A stretch of DNA of 63,121 nucleotides, counting the filler, from Octopus bimaculoides (lineage: Eukaryota): NCBI RefSeq assembly GCF_001194135.2. It is 5 parts of 5 records of this genome, joined end to end, with 100 filler letters (N's around TTAATTAATTAA, not from the genome) between each part and the next. Parts side by side here need not be neighbours in the genome. Positions count along the whole stretch, not along the records: positions 30,367 to 58,120 come from NC_068981.1; positions 58,221 to 60,722 come from NW_026365016.1; positions 60,823 to 63,121 come from NC_068983.1; 2 more parts are not named here. The stretch is one strand, 5' to 3'. Each line of letters begins with the position of its first letter. Position 1 is the stretch's first letter. The translations under genes were made by a program, and so were the position numbers. The notes under the pieces are model-generated. The model saw nothing but the letters and a program-made list of their open reading frames with translations. It made no database searches and had not been told where the DNA came from. Positions 49,601-63,121 of the stretch are shown here, piece by piece.

Positions 49601-50938
49601 CTTGTCTTTCCGACAGCTCTTCTTCACTCTTCGATCCAGTGTCTGATACGTCTCCGATGCTTCTTGCTGGGCTCCGTCCGTTTGCGCTAGGTTCCGTTGT
49701 ATTTCTGCCTTTCGTCTCGCATCGATCAGGATCCACGTTCGATCTTGGATCCAACGCTCCTTGTATGCGCCACGGCGTTTGCCGATGGTCTTTTCGGCAC
49801 TTTCGATAATTGCCTCCTTGCAATAACAAAAGGGGGATTACGCTTCTATCTGTCCGCAGAAAGGTCTTCTGTATCGTCCTGTTAAGACGGCTGCAACGGG
49901 CGGTTGATGAGAGGCTCCGAGAACAAGTCAGTTTTCGATGCGGATGGTCGTGCAATGAACAAATCTTCAAGTTGCGCAACATTGTCGAACAAAGCCTGGA
50001 ATATCAGTAACGGCAACTAATCATTTTCATTGATTTTGTCAAGGTATTCAACAGCGTACACCGGAGTTCGTTGTGGTGCATCGCTCGTGACTTCGGCATT
50101 TCCGAGCGTTCCGTTGATGCCTTTCGGAGCCTTTACCGCGAGGCTATAGGTGTTGCGTTCGAACGGAGACGGGCTACACCGACTACTTTGCCATTGAGAC
50201 CGGTGTACGGCAAGGGTGCATTCTATCCCCTCTTCTATTTCTCATGACGATCGACTTCGTCATGGCAGGGGCGATGCGCCAACGCGGATTTGGGAATCCG
50301 TGGTGTGGGTCGGGGCGCCTGACTGACCTCGACCTCGCCGATGACATCGCACTCCTCGGAGCGACGAAGAATATCATTTGCACAATGACAGAGAGATTGG
50401 AACGGGAAGCAGCCAAGATTGGACTCCGCATAAGTGTAAACAAGATGAAGATCATGAGGATTGGATATGTCGATGGGACCAACAATGGCGTCCCCTTGAT
50501 GATTGGACTCAAAACTCACACTAATCTGGGTAGGCAGGGCGATCTCCACCAAGACCAAAGTATGCCCCTTCAAGGACATCGTCATACTATCGGCAATATA
50601 CGCGGCGGAAACGTGGAAGACATCAGCAGAGATCGCGCGAAGGTTCAATGTATTTCAGCTACGATGCATCTGGCGGATACTGCGAATATCATACCAGGAC
50701 TACATCACCAGCGTTTCGCAAGCCATGTCCTCCGATTACCATCGTCACGGCATGCGAATAAACAGCCATTCTGTGGAAGTCACCGCATAGGCAAGAGAAA
50801 ACAAGGGCGACCAAAAGCGACTTGGCGCCGCACCTTCATCGATGACCTCAAAGCCATTGACATTTCATGGGATGAAGCTGAAATCGCCGCGGCCAACCGA
50901 CCACTGCGCTACACGGCGTAGGAAGACTTAAGACTAAG
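49601..50938 (+). mobile_element. RTE-clade LINE with an inverted 5' segment (49601-49818 on the minus strand)
   Basis: Plus strand: CNNKRGITLLS...GVRQGCILSPLLF...DLDLADDIALL...KRKQGRPKATWRRT, tail ttaagactaag. Minus strand: KEAIIESAEKTIGKRRGAYKERWIQDRTWILIDARRKA...LDRRVKKSCRKDK. Confidence 0.88.
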
Positions 50939-52479
50939 AAATCCTATATGTCCATCATTGTATGATATACGGAAGTCTGTATCATATAATGATACCATAA
51001 GTATAGAAGCCATAAGAATTGCTATTAGCTGATAATCAATTAATTCTTTTTATAAACGTATGTAGCATTTATTGGTAGAAAGCTTTATATGTATTAATAT
51101 ATTTATTCATCTCTCATTTTGCGAAACTTTCTATGCATTCTATATATTTAGGTATGTATAAAAATAAGAATTGCATACATAGGTACAAGTCTGTATGGAT
51201 TCAGTCAATTGAACTTTCAGCTAACTTACTCTTGCCACTTATTTTATATTTTATATACTTATTTTCACATGGAAGCAATGAAAGATAAATACCGTTCTAT
51301 ATCATATGCATTTGGGACGAAGGAGGGTCCTTTAATCCGGAACAGGTTCTGCAATGCAGAAATTTGTAGGTATATATTGCACTACATTAGTCTAAGGTTA
51401 CATATGTTGACGGGAGATTTTAGAGAAGTTTCAGAAAAGTAAATAAACAAAATAAGCGTAATTATTATTATTTTTTTTTCAGAAAAATAATCAATGTTGC
51501 TTTTCATGCTGCAATATATTATTCATTCATGTAATTAAAACTAAACTTCATAATAGATCACATGAAGAATGAGATTCGTTATTAAAAGTGGCCTGGATTA
51601 TATTAATTATGTTAATGTTTAGTTATGTAGATAACTAAGTATTTATAGATAATTTTCTTAGGAGCAGCAAATAGTTTGCAGAAACGGTAGAACATCAAAT
51701 TAAATTTTTTTCATCAATTATATCCAGGAAAATAACTGTTATTAATTGACTAGTATTCATTATATCGGCTCTACCACCCGTTTAGAAAACGTGACGGTCT
51801 TACAAAACGTGCTCATATCTAATCAATATGTTTGAGAGAAATAATGGATGGCGACAAGGACACTAGAGCAGTGGTCAAAATTGCTTTGTAACATTTAATT
51901 TTGTCCTATGTTCTGATACCAAATCTCACTAGGATAGATTTTATCTGCAACACAGAGGTTGATAACAATGACTACATATATGCCTGCTACTGTAAAAATT
52001 GAAAATGTCGAGATTTTTAGAAGGGAAATCAATGCAAGAAAGTGGCAATTACTAAGTGCATAAGTGAAATATTCAAATAGTGATAATTTAATCTCTGAAG
52101 CTATTTCAATATTGAAACATATTTCTTGCACACACAATATCCAATATCCTAATATTTCTGTAAAGATGTAAAAATTGATGTCGCGTCTTTTTAATAAAGG
52201 GTTGACAGTTCAAATTGCATTACATAGAAAGTATTTCAGCATTCTAAACAACCTCAGTATGTAGTAATTGCAGCTTACTTTTTTGCTGAATAATAAAGTT
52301 ACGTTTTCAACGGACACGGTCTTGAATTTATTAGAGGTAGACATTCATTCATGGATAAATATGATGTAGAATAGCCAGGCTTTTGATGCTATCTGTCACA
52401 AACGCCCAAGATTTATAAGAAATGGTTCAACTTAACTTTGAATGAAATAGGGTTTTTATTCAAAGTTATTTGAGTAAAG

Positions 52480-52900
52480 GTATTTTACTAAAAGAATTAG
52501 TTGTATACGTGAACAGAATATCGAGACCTGTTCATGGAATCAGCTTGCTGTTACCACGAGAAAATATAAGATTATATTTTCATCCGAGATTTAAATATGA
52601 TTCAATATTTTTTACATCAACTCAAATGTTCACCTGGTACATATTCTACCAACTCCGAAAGTATGCAAGACAAAGTCGACCTCGGCGAAATTTTTTAATG
52701 CTAATATTAAGTGTTGATTAAGGCACCTAGCTAGCAGAATCGTTAGCATGCCGGACAAAATGCTTGGCAAAATTTCATCTGTGCTGAATTCAAATTTCGA
52801 ATTGCCTTTCATCTTTTCGAAGTCGATAAAATAAGTACCAGTCAAGTACTGGGGTCAATATAATCGACTCACCCCTCCCCCGCACTTGCTGGTTCTGTGC
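52480..52900. mobile_element. Two SINE family B copies head-to-head (minus 52480-52700, plus 52720-52900)
   Basis: caagacaaagtcgacctcggcgaaa on the left; gctagcagaatcgttagc...ttgcctttcatcttttcgaagtcgataaaataagtaccag on the right. Confidence 0.7.
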
Positions 52901-55519
52901 CACCACTTTGGTTGTTATCTGCAGGGGATAAAACACAGATTGACTATTCCATCCTGAATGTCCATGACAATGAAAGCTTTTTCTAAAAATTTATCATATG
53001 GTTTAGTTAAACAGAGAGGGCAACAAAAATTATTTTCCCTTATTTAATGCTACAGTAATTATATAACTTCATTTCTGCTTTTATAACCTAACATTATTTT
53101 ATAATTAATTTTCTGCTTTTATAACCTAACATTATTTTATTTTCAATACTCTATTACTTAACAGTAACTGTATAAATTGACATGTACAAATATTTTCTAA
53201 ATTATTTTGTGGTTTTATATTTTTAGGCCTTTCTTCAAACATAAACGACATTCTCACAAATCACGCTAAACAGACAACAGTCGACAGATATTTAAAAAGA
53301 AAAAAACATAATCGGCAAGTTAAAACCAGCTAAAGTTTTCTACGAAAAATGTTGAGAAGATTGAAATATAAATCTGTAAAAGAGAAAAAGGAAAGAACAA
53401 TAAAATCTAACTAGAAGATTTGTAACCTCTAACGTATTCATCTTTCATTAGTCACAGAGAACAACTGGCTCAAGGCTAAGGATATTTCATATTGTAGTAT
53501 TTATTGCACGTTGTTTTGATCCATTTTCCGAGAATTCCAGTTTCTTGGAAATACATTTGCTATGCCTGTAGCTGAAGATGTGGGTGGTTCAGCGGCGTAA
53601 TACGTAACTTTCTCTCTGGTGTGTACATATTTTGCACGTACATATATAATTACGCATGTGCGAGTGCTCTTGGATCTGCGATAACAATATCACATCTCAC
53701 CTAGAAGTATACGCCTTCGCTATTTAAGACCAGAACACGGCTACTCAATGACTAATTGATAAAAAAGAAAGCCCTACCACAAATCGTCCACATTGTGTGG
53801 ATTTGGAGATATCTTAATTATTTTCTCTACCTTTGTCAGTTGTGCCATACTAATGGGGGGAGGCCGTCCAAAAATGTCCGCTAGATAATATAATTTCGTA
53901 AGACATATTATTGCAAAAGCATTTACACTGCTATCTATAAGGATTGTCTCAACAGTCTTACCAAACTACACCGTTTGGGATACTAGTGAAACATTCCCAG
54001 AACAACAACAGCGTGGTGTTGTAAGTCCAGTAGATGTATTAACGTGACTGAGTGCAACAGTCATGTACTGTTTTAGAGTTCAACTACAGGATGGCTGTGG
54101 ACATCTTGTGAAAAGTTGTAGAAAAAGGGAATATCCATGGTAAGGTAATGAGAAACTTATAGTTCTTGTGTCCTGGTTATAGATTTTCATCTGTATTTAC
54201 TATCATAGTTTTTTTCACTGGATTACATAATATCAGACTTGCATAAAAAAACAGGAGATACTAGGGGGTTTTCAAGAAAGAACTATGCAAATTCACTTGT
54301 ATCTTTCAACTCCATTTGATTAATAGTACAGTGAAGATTTCTAAAAGACATTCCATGTATTCTCCATTTGAGTTTTGTTATACACATATACTCACAACTA
54401 AATATTTAAAACTAAATAATTACAATTGAATATGTGTATGTTGCATACACTCATGTATAAAGAGTAATTGTATACGTTCCCTTACGAAAGTGGCACTTCG
54501 ACCCATTCGGTAAGCGTAAATATGTACACACTTACACCTCGGTTTATGTACACATGAGCTCACCCATGGATTCACAAAATCTCTGGAACTTCCTTGACTG
54601 AAACTCAGAGAAAGATCTTGTCATTTTCTTAGTGACCAGCTTGAATTCTGCAAAGAAATTAAATAATTCTTAAACAGAAATATGAACGAAGTACTTTTGT
54701 CCAGTTTCTATGCACTAAATTCTACTCACAAGATTTTGGCCAAGCCATAGGCTTCGAACACATATGTGCGTGCATATATATATATATATACATATACGTG
54801 CATATGCATATATATGTTCGTGGAAATGGCGCATCACTTTTATGTTGGTATGTCGGTGAGTATTAGAAATAATTAAATTATATCTGTGCTATTTCCTGTC
54901 ACAAATGGTCTGAAATAGGATTGCGCTTTAGTACAGCCATTTTCTACATCATGTTTTTTAAGAAACCTCAGAGTAACTCTACACGGAATTGATATTAGAG
55001 ACAGATATGATGATAAATTGTTCATGCTTCGTAGATTGTAAGCCACGTCATAATGGATGTTTTATAGTATCTAAACAGTACTCTGCTGTTCAGTATTACA
55101 CTTTCGTTCTTTAATATTTTCATTTTACCACCTACTTTTGATAAAGTAAAAAGTTCTCACATTAATGGGGCATACGGAACCAAGAAGTATTCAGGCAAGT
55201 GGAGTTGGATAGCAAAGCTAGTGAAATGGTTGAAAATAGATGAAAAAAGCGAGCAGGTTTGTCCTTAACACTTTAAAGAGAAGTAAAGTTCAATGAATAA
55301 AAGTGCTTAATGAAAATCTAAAGTTACAGATATATGTCAAAAGTGAATAAATGAAAGGGATAAACCATATACACCAACTTATATATGTGTGTACAACTTA
55401 TATGTGTTTGTATATATATTATACAGTTAACTGTCGATTATCCGGCATCGTTGGGAACTGATGAATTCCGGATTAGGGATTTTGTCGGATTAAAGGTTGC
55501 TGGATTAGTAGCAGTCTTT

Positions 55520-55612
<93 letters not shown>

Positions 55613-56218
55613 ATATATATATGTATGTATATATATATATGTATGTATATATGTATGTATCTATGCATTTATGTATGTATGTATCAATGTGTGTGTGGAT
55701 GTGTGCGTGTGTGGATATATATAAATATATAAATATAAATAAGAAATGGAAAACAAAACAATAAACTGAACAATTATAATTCAATTCAATCAATTTAAAT
55801 ATTTTACACTAACAAATGACACATCTCATAAGTTACAGCTGTTTCCGCTTCATTAATAAAACGAAGTTTTCGAGAATAATCAAATACGTTTAAATATATA
55901 ATGATGCTTCATCAGAGAGACATATCTGCTTAAATATCTGACGAAAAATATTAAATGAAAGTATTTATAATTTCTGAAGCTTTACGAAAACGCTTTATAA
56001 GAGCGAGCTTAATCATAAGTAAATCTAACTGAAAATTAGGTAAATTCATAAATCTAAATCTGTAAATAGTCCGTTCTATAACCGATTTGTTTGCACAATA
56101 CACACGTCCATATATACATATACTTATATATACATACATGCACCTATCATTTATGTATACATACATATACACACGTACCTATACACAGATGCATATACAT
56201 GTACATAAGTTTAGTTAT

Positions 56219-56331
<113 letters not shown>

Positions 56332-56867
56332 TATATTTTTTACAATTTACATGCATATATAATTCATACGCACATGTATCTATTTATGTTTAAACATTAT
56401 TTTATATATCAATTCAAATCTAAATATTTTAAATTTGACTATTAGAATGCAGGGGAGATAACTTCAATTCGATACGATCAACGAAAAATCCATTTAAATA
56501 TACACATACAACAAAAGCAAAGTAATACAATACAAACGAAATGTCCCACACACTAACAACGGGCCAAAAGCAACAAATTAAATAAGATAAGTACGCTGTA
56601 TCTACATATATACCCCATTATTCATTTACTCACATACATATACTTGCCGATACTTATAAAACGAAACGGAAAACGAAACCAACTCTATAGAAAAATAAAT
56701 TGTATATATGCATCAAAACCAAAATAATACCAATATAAAGAAATTTATTGTTTCAGTATCCATCCAGCCCTCACGTTTACACATGTACATATGTATATAT
56801 ACACATATATTTATATATATCTTTTAATGCACACATATACACACTTATACATAAATACAGTAATGCT

Positions 56868-56898
<31 letters not shown>

Positions 56899-56921
56899 GC
56901 ACACATATATATATTCATAAA

Positions 56922-56973
<52 letters not shown>

Positions 56974-56976
<3 letters not shown>

Positions 56977-57823
56977 GGGTTGGACAAAATAATGGAAACA
57001 CCTAGCATCATAGCATCATAATTTTGAAATATCTATAAAACCGTCAAGTTTGTTTATGTTTATGCTTTTTGATTTATTAGTAGTGTTGCTTAATATTTTT
57101 TGCTAAAATTGCTGGGTTTTTTTCAATTATCATCAGAAAATGGTAATTAAAATTAATTAAAATGACAGAGCACTGGAAGAATGTTATTTTCTCGGACGAG
57201 TCATTCTTTATCTTATTGCCGACCACCGGCCGAGTATACGTGTGGAGACAAGCCAAAAGAAGCATTTGATGCAGACTGCCTTCTTCCAACAGTTAAACAT
57301 GGTGGAGGATCTGTGTTGAGCAGGAGTGGGGGTATATCTTGGAAATCCGCCGGCTCAATGGTTTCCCTTCATGGCAGAATTAAGAGTCAAGACTATTTAA
57401 GCATTTTATCTGATCAAATTAATCCTTTGGTTGCGCAACTGTTTCCGGAGAGATACGCAATCTTTCAGGATGATAATGCACCAATTCACACAGTTACTAA
57501 ATGGCACGAGGAACATTCTAGTGAAGTTGAACATCTTATCTGGCCACTACAGTCGTCCCCAGATCTCAATATTATTGAACATTTATTGTGCATTTTAGAA
57601 AAACAAGTAAGGAGTCGATAACTTCGACCATAATCACTACAAGAACTGGAGAGTGTTTTAGCTGAAGAATGGACAAAAATTCCCTTGGAAACAATTAAAA
57701 CTTTGTGCGATTCCATATCGCATATAATTCAAGCTGTAATTACTGCCAAAGACGGTCATACCCCATACTAAAATAAATTTGCTTGAAATTTTAAGGTGTT
57801 TCTATTATTGTGTCCAACACCTG
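56974..57823 (+). mobile_element. Internally deleted Tc1 element (DD34E-type catalytic domain)
   Basis: TIRs caggggttggacaaaataatggaaacacct / aggtgtttctattattgtgtccaacacctg, flanked by TA; FSDES-like, PTVKHGGGSV, FQDDNAPIH and SPDLNIIEHL. Confidence 0.93.
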
Positions 57824-58857
57824 TATATATCAAGCAATATACTTATATAGAGTGAGATAAATACACCATATCCTCATATATACTACATTATTCATTCACT
57901 ACCATATATATATATATCGATACATATAAGCAAGACGAAAAACGAAGCTGGCTCTATATAGACGTGAAAAAATAAACTTTATACACACTTCAAATATCAA
58001 TATAAACGAAATGCCTCAAGTATGAACATCGAACCCAACTACCAATTATACATGATAAATACTCTATATCTATTTGTATATACAAATGATGGGCAGCTAT
58101 GTGGGTACATTATATATATANNNNNNNNNNNNNNNNNNNNNNNNNNNNNNNNNNNNNNNNNNNNTTAATTAATTAANNNNNNNNNNNNNNNNNNNNNNNN
58201 NNNNNNNNNNNNNNNNNNNNTATACATATATATATATACATATACATATATATACATATGCATATACATACATATATATATTTATATGAGAAATTCTTAT
58301 TACTTTCAACCACATTTTCTTTCAGCTATTGTTTTTTGCTCTCTCTCTCTTGCTCTCCCTCTCTTACTCTCCGTCTGTCCCTCTCTCACGCTCTCTTTCC
58401 CTCCTCCCCTCTCTGTTTGTCCTTCTCTGTTTCTCCTTTCTAATTTCATATTTCTTATTTCTTATTTCTGATGTAAATGCTATCTCCTATTTGAAGTTAA
58501 TAGCCGGGAAAGAACCAATATTGAAGATTGCTTCCCCCACACAATCCAGGAAATAAAAGACCGAACAAACACAGGAAAGAAACAAACAAATTTATGAATA
58601 AATCTAGAAATAAATAAATAGATAAATAGATAATGAAGAAAAGAAACGAAGGAAAAAAGAAAAAAAAAAAGACAAAACTGAAAAGACGAACAGAAGAAAA
58701 GTATTCAGGAACGAAAAGAACAATCTCGAAAAACCGAAACGAAACTAATAGAATCTGAGTTCTGAAAACTAATATACGGAAAAAATGTATCGGATGATTG
58801 ATAAGAGAATCAATAACAAGTGCCGATAATGATGCGGTGCTTCTACTGCTACTGCTG

Positions 58858-58859
58858 CA

Positions 58860-58897
<38 letters not shown>

Positions 58898-59122
58898 CGG
58901 TGGTGGGGGTAGTGGTGGTGGTTGTGGCGGTGATGGTGATAATGAAGATTATAATGAGGAAGACAACAACAACGATGATGATGGTAATGATGATGATGAT
59001 GGTGATGATGGTGATGATGATGATGATGATGATGATGGTGGTGGTGTTGATGGTGATGATGATGGTGACGATGATGATGATGATGGTGATGATGATGATG
59101 ATGATGATGATGACGATGGTGA

Positions 59123-59156
<34 letters not shown>

Positions 59157-59212
59157 GGTGATGATGATGATGATGATGATGATGATGGTGATGGTAATGA
59201 TGATGGTGATGG

Positions 59213-59265
<53 letters not shown>

Positions 59266-59282
59266 GGATGGTGATGGTGATG
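58858..59282. repeat. Long imperfect (GAT)n microsatellite, continuing after a gap to about 59790
   Basis: Direct reading. Confidence 0.95.
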
Positions 59283-59890
59283 NNNNNNNNNNNNNNNNNN
59301 NNNNNNNNNNNNNNNNNNNNNNNNNNNNNNNNNNNNNNNNNNNNNNNNNNNNNNNNNNNNNNNNNNNNNNNNNNNNNNNNNNNNNNNNNNNNNNNNNNNN
59401 NNNNNNNNNNNNNNNNNNNNNNNNNNNNNNNNNNNNNNNNNNNNNNNNNNNNNNNNNNNNNNNNNNNNNNNNNNNNNNNNNNNNNNNNNNNNNNNNNNNN
59501 NNNNNNNNNNNNNNNNNNNNNNNNNNNNNNNNNNNNNNNNNNNNNNNNNNNNNNNNNNNNNNNNNNNNNNNNNNNNNNNNNNNNNNNNNNNNNNNNNNNN
59601 NNNNNNNNNNNNNNNNNNNNNNNNNNNNNNNNNNATGTCTATGACAATGCTAATCTTTATGAAGCTGATGACAGTAAGGTTAATGATAATGAGCATGACG
59701 ATGACGACGACGATGACGATGACGATGGAGATGAGGATGAGGATTACGAGGATGATGATGATGATGGGGATGACGATGCTAATGATAACAGTGACTTACA
59801 CTGAGTAAAACAATATCAGATACAACAGCATACTTGACAATAGCGAGTAGTGACACTGGTATCAACATTAATGATTGAGGCAACAATGAC

Positions 59891-59944
<54 letters not shown>

Positions 59945-60399
59945 AAAATTACAATAATAATATTGTAAATACTCACTTGATACTCCTTAATTCATATTTT
60001 CCCTTCTACACACAGATACTCCCGTGCTTATTCTAGTGATTCGACCTTCCGTTTCTCTTTACGTACGTTACCTATATTGTCTCATTCTTTCTCTTTTTAG
60101 CTCACATAATCTTTCATCCCTATTTTATTTTTAAAAATATCTATCTTCAAGCGAGTAAACGATACATAATTGCACTTATGTGCATACATTATGTAGTAGG
60201 CGATATAAAAATTTAGTTCATTTAAGAAAAAAATCTACGATTTTCACTATCCACGGACCGCCGCTTCACCACGCAATGAGCTTCACCTCCACCACCATCA
60301 ACACCATCACCACAACCACTATCAATATAGATTTCAGTAACAAAGCGCAGTCTAAGTTGTTTACCGACCAAGATTATTTCATTTCATTTCATTTCAATC

Positions 60400-60722
60400 G
60401 TTTGCCACCCTCGCTAAGGCGGAGGTATTGTTTCAGTCGTGTTTATTTCTTTGTTTATTTGTCAGTAGACAAAATATCTCAAGAACCGCTGGATGGATTC
60501 GAATGGAACTTTCAGGGATGTTTGGCCTCGTGACCGGCACGAAAGGATTAGATTTTGGGATCGATCCGGTACCGGAGAAAGTTTCTGGATTTACATTTCC
60601 TGTTTTTTTTACTTAACTTTTGAGAGCGGTCCCATTCATTTTTAATATTCTCGAATGTGAGAGCAGTCGAGATTATTTCAGATATGCTCATTTTAAAAAT
60701 CATCTCCGGCTAATCGTTGAGA
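60400..60722 (+). mobile_element. Helentron-associated non-autonomous element (HINE/DINE-1-like), truncated by a gap
   Basis: Near-palindromic accctcgctaaggcggaggt start, gtttatttctttgtttatttgtc tract, then ggatggattcgaatggaactttcaggg. This layout resembles HINE 5' ends; the assignment is inference. Confidence 0.5.
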
Positions 60723-61964
60723 NNNNNNNNNNNNNNNNNNNNNNNNNNNNNNNNNNNNNNNNNNNNTTAATTAATTAANNNNNNNNNNNNNNNNNNNNNN
60801 NNNNNNNNNNNNNNNNNNNNNNTCTTCATGTTCACACATTGTTTCAACTCCCACATACAAGCTCACATTCATGCACATGAACAATTACGCCCACATGCAC
60901 AATTACACCCACATGAGAGCACCTTTCTACATGCACACACTTGACTTACATTATTATACATGAACATATGTTCAATGAATAACGAAAGGCTGAGAGAAAA
61001 ATGCACATGAGGCAACATGGAAGAATAACTTCGTTCCATTAAGTAGTGAGAGTAACGAACAAATCTGAAAAAGCGATAGATGTCACGAAAATCTCATGTA
61101 GGTGATAGATAAAAAGCTGTATGTAGAAAAAGAGGTATATCTGGCCCAAAACATATATATAAATTAATGATAAATATTAAAAAAAGTGATAAAAATGCGA
61201 TAAATTGATAAATTTATAGACTTATATGTAAAAGAGACATATATGTACATAAACACACATGTACATACATACATACATACACACACACACATACATACAT
61301 ATTTACACACACACACATGCATGCACACACACACATTCATGTTTATGCAATACAATATTATAGATTCAGTTCTGCTGATTTTACCAAACAGTTTCATACA
61401 CGAGGGTTTGAAATAAAACCCCAGTTTTTCTAGTGCTCATCAGAGTTGCTGTAGAAAGAGTTTGTCAATGGCTTTATGACACACTCTTCCTACAGAGAAA
61501 TCAGGCAATGTCACGCCTGCAGTTGTGAAAAATGGATATGAAAATACTTGTAACAAAAACTCAGAGGGGAAATTTTTTTGAATTATGCCCCTTGTATAGG
61601 GATCAGTTTGAGTCACCAGAGTGTAAATGGTAAATACCAGCTGAGGATTGACAAGTACTAACCCTTACAGAGGGTCAGCAGGCTCTAACCTCTTGTATAC
61701 TTGTGGTACTGTTTAATCCTTATCCAAGGGACATGACTCTAACAAAATCCCTTCTCTGAGATTCACCGAAGAGTTACTTTGTTGTCATTTTTCACAGTAT
61801 TCACAAACTGGATATAACTTCCTGACTTCTAGCAACATAGTGCCTTCGCCATACTCTCCCTACTACTCCTGATGAGTGCTGGGAATGGATTTTTCCCCTA
61901 AAGATTCTTGTGTACACATCTACCCATGCATCACCCCACCACATATATATAGATAGATTTTTTT

Positions 61965-62160
61965 CTACTCTAGGACCGAAATTTTGGGGGAAAGGACCAG
62001 TCGATTAGATCGACCACAATACGCTCCTGGTACTTAATTTATTGATCCCGTAAGGATGAAAGGCAAAGTCAACCTTGGCGGAATTTGAACTCAGAAAGTA
62101 AAGACAGACGAAATACTGCTAAGCAATTCGCCCGGTGTGCTAACGTTTCTGCCTGGTCAC
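61965..62160 (-). mobile_element. SINE family B
   Basis: aaggatgaaaggcaaagtcaaccttggcggaatttgaactcag...gcaattcgcccggtgtgctaacg. Confidence 0.85.
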
Positions 62161-62365
62161 TGTCATATATATATATATANNNNNNNNNNNNNNNNNNNNN
62201 NNNNNNNNNNNNNNNNNNNNNNNNNNNNNNNNNNNNNNNNNNNNNNNNNNNNNNNNNNNNNNNNNNNNNNNNNNNNNNNNNNNNNNNNNNNNNNNNNNNN
62301 NNNNNNNNNNNNNNNNNNNNNNNNNNNNNNNNNNNNNNNNNNNNNNNNNNNNNNNNNNNNNNNNN

Positions 62366-63096
62366 GTTAGGGTTAGTTTTAGGGTTCGGGTTAGGGTTAG
62401 GGTTACGGTTAGGGATAGGTTCAGGGTTAGATTTAGGGTTAGGGTTAGGGTTAGGGTTAGGGTTACGGTTAGGGATAAGTTCAGGGTTAGATTTAGGGTT
62501 AGGGTTAGGGTTAGGGTTAGGGTTAGGGTTAGAACTTAGGGTTAGGGTTATGGTTAGGGATAGGTTCAGGGTTAGATTTAGGGTTACGGTTAGGGTTAGT
62601 GTTAGGGTTAGTGTTACGTTTAGTTTTAGGGTTAGAGTTTGGGTTATAAGTTAGGGTTAGGGTTAGTGTTATGGTTAGGGATAGGGTTAGGTATAGAAGT
62701 TAAGGTTAGGGTTAGGGTTAGGGTTAGAAGTTAGGGTTAGTGATAGGGTTAGGGTTAGGGTTGGGTTAGGGTTAGGTTTAGGGTTAGGGTTAGGGTTAGG
62801 GTTAGAAGTTAGGGTTAGGGTCAGGGATAGGGTGAGGGTTAGGGTTAGGTTAAAGGTTAGGGTTAGATGTTAGGGTCAGGGTTAGGGTTAGGGTTAGGGT
62901 TAGTTTTAGAGTTAGGGTTAAGGTTAGGATTAGGGTTAGGGTTAGGGTTAGGTTTAGGGTTAGGTTTAGGGTTACGGTTAGAAGTTAGGGTGAGTGTTAG
63001 ACTTAGGGTTAGGATTAGGGTTAGGGTTAGGGTTAGGGTTAGGGTTAGGGTTAAGGTTAGTTTTAGGGTTAGGGTTAGGGTTAGGGTTAGGGTTAG
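62366..63096 (+). repeat. Degenerate (TTAGGG)n telomere-type array with variant units and a 60-bp higher-order repeat
   Basis: Direct reading. It is followed by non-telomeric ttcttgtt and (TA)n. Confidence 0.95.
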
Positions 63097-63121
63097 TTCT
63101 TGTTTATATATATATATATAT

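Noticed and set aside
61398-61597. Small mariner-derived MITE
   Set aside because: The ends resemble mariner TIRs only loosely and do not match each other well.
62366-63096. Definite chromosome end
   Set aside because: Non-telomeric sequence follows the array and the units are heavily degenerate. It is kept only as a hypothesis in the findings.

Overview
This is eukaryotic, AT-rich, repeat-dominated draft-assembly DNA with many N gaps. By inference from the SINE and microsatellite make-up it looks molluscan, most likely coleoid cephalopod (Octopus-like). I can support one host gene: four minus-strand coding exons (22503-22291, 20963-20643, 18899-18792, 16987-16773) that splice in frame into an SDR9C-family (BDH1/RDH/17beta-HSD-like) dehydrogenase. 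Its first coding exon was not found. Most of the remaining recognisable sequence is decayed mobile DNA: L1/Tx1, R4/Dong, RTE, CR1 and Penelope retroelements, several Tc1/mariner lineages, piggyBac-type and 8-bp-TSD TIR elements, a Helentron-like HINE and several SINE families. It also holds micro/minisatellites and a degenerate (TTAGGG)n array at the right end. I found no prokaryotic-type system (no CRISPR, no operon) and cannot claim a new biological system. The best leads are: (1) a perfect-TIR element carrying telomere-like hexamers; (2) three head-to-tail Dong-like LINEs joined at their own (TAA)n tails; (3) an RTE LINE with twin-priming 5' inversion geometry; (4) an RTE nested with an 11-bp TSD in a Penelope element whose 3' region has hammerhead-like motifs; (5) inverted SINEs flanking a frame-symmetric exon of the SDR gene; (6) a higher-order variant telomeric array that is not terminal. 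Element boundaries are approximate unless fixed by a TIR, TSD or splice site.
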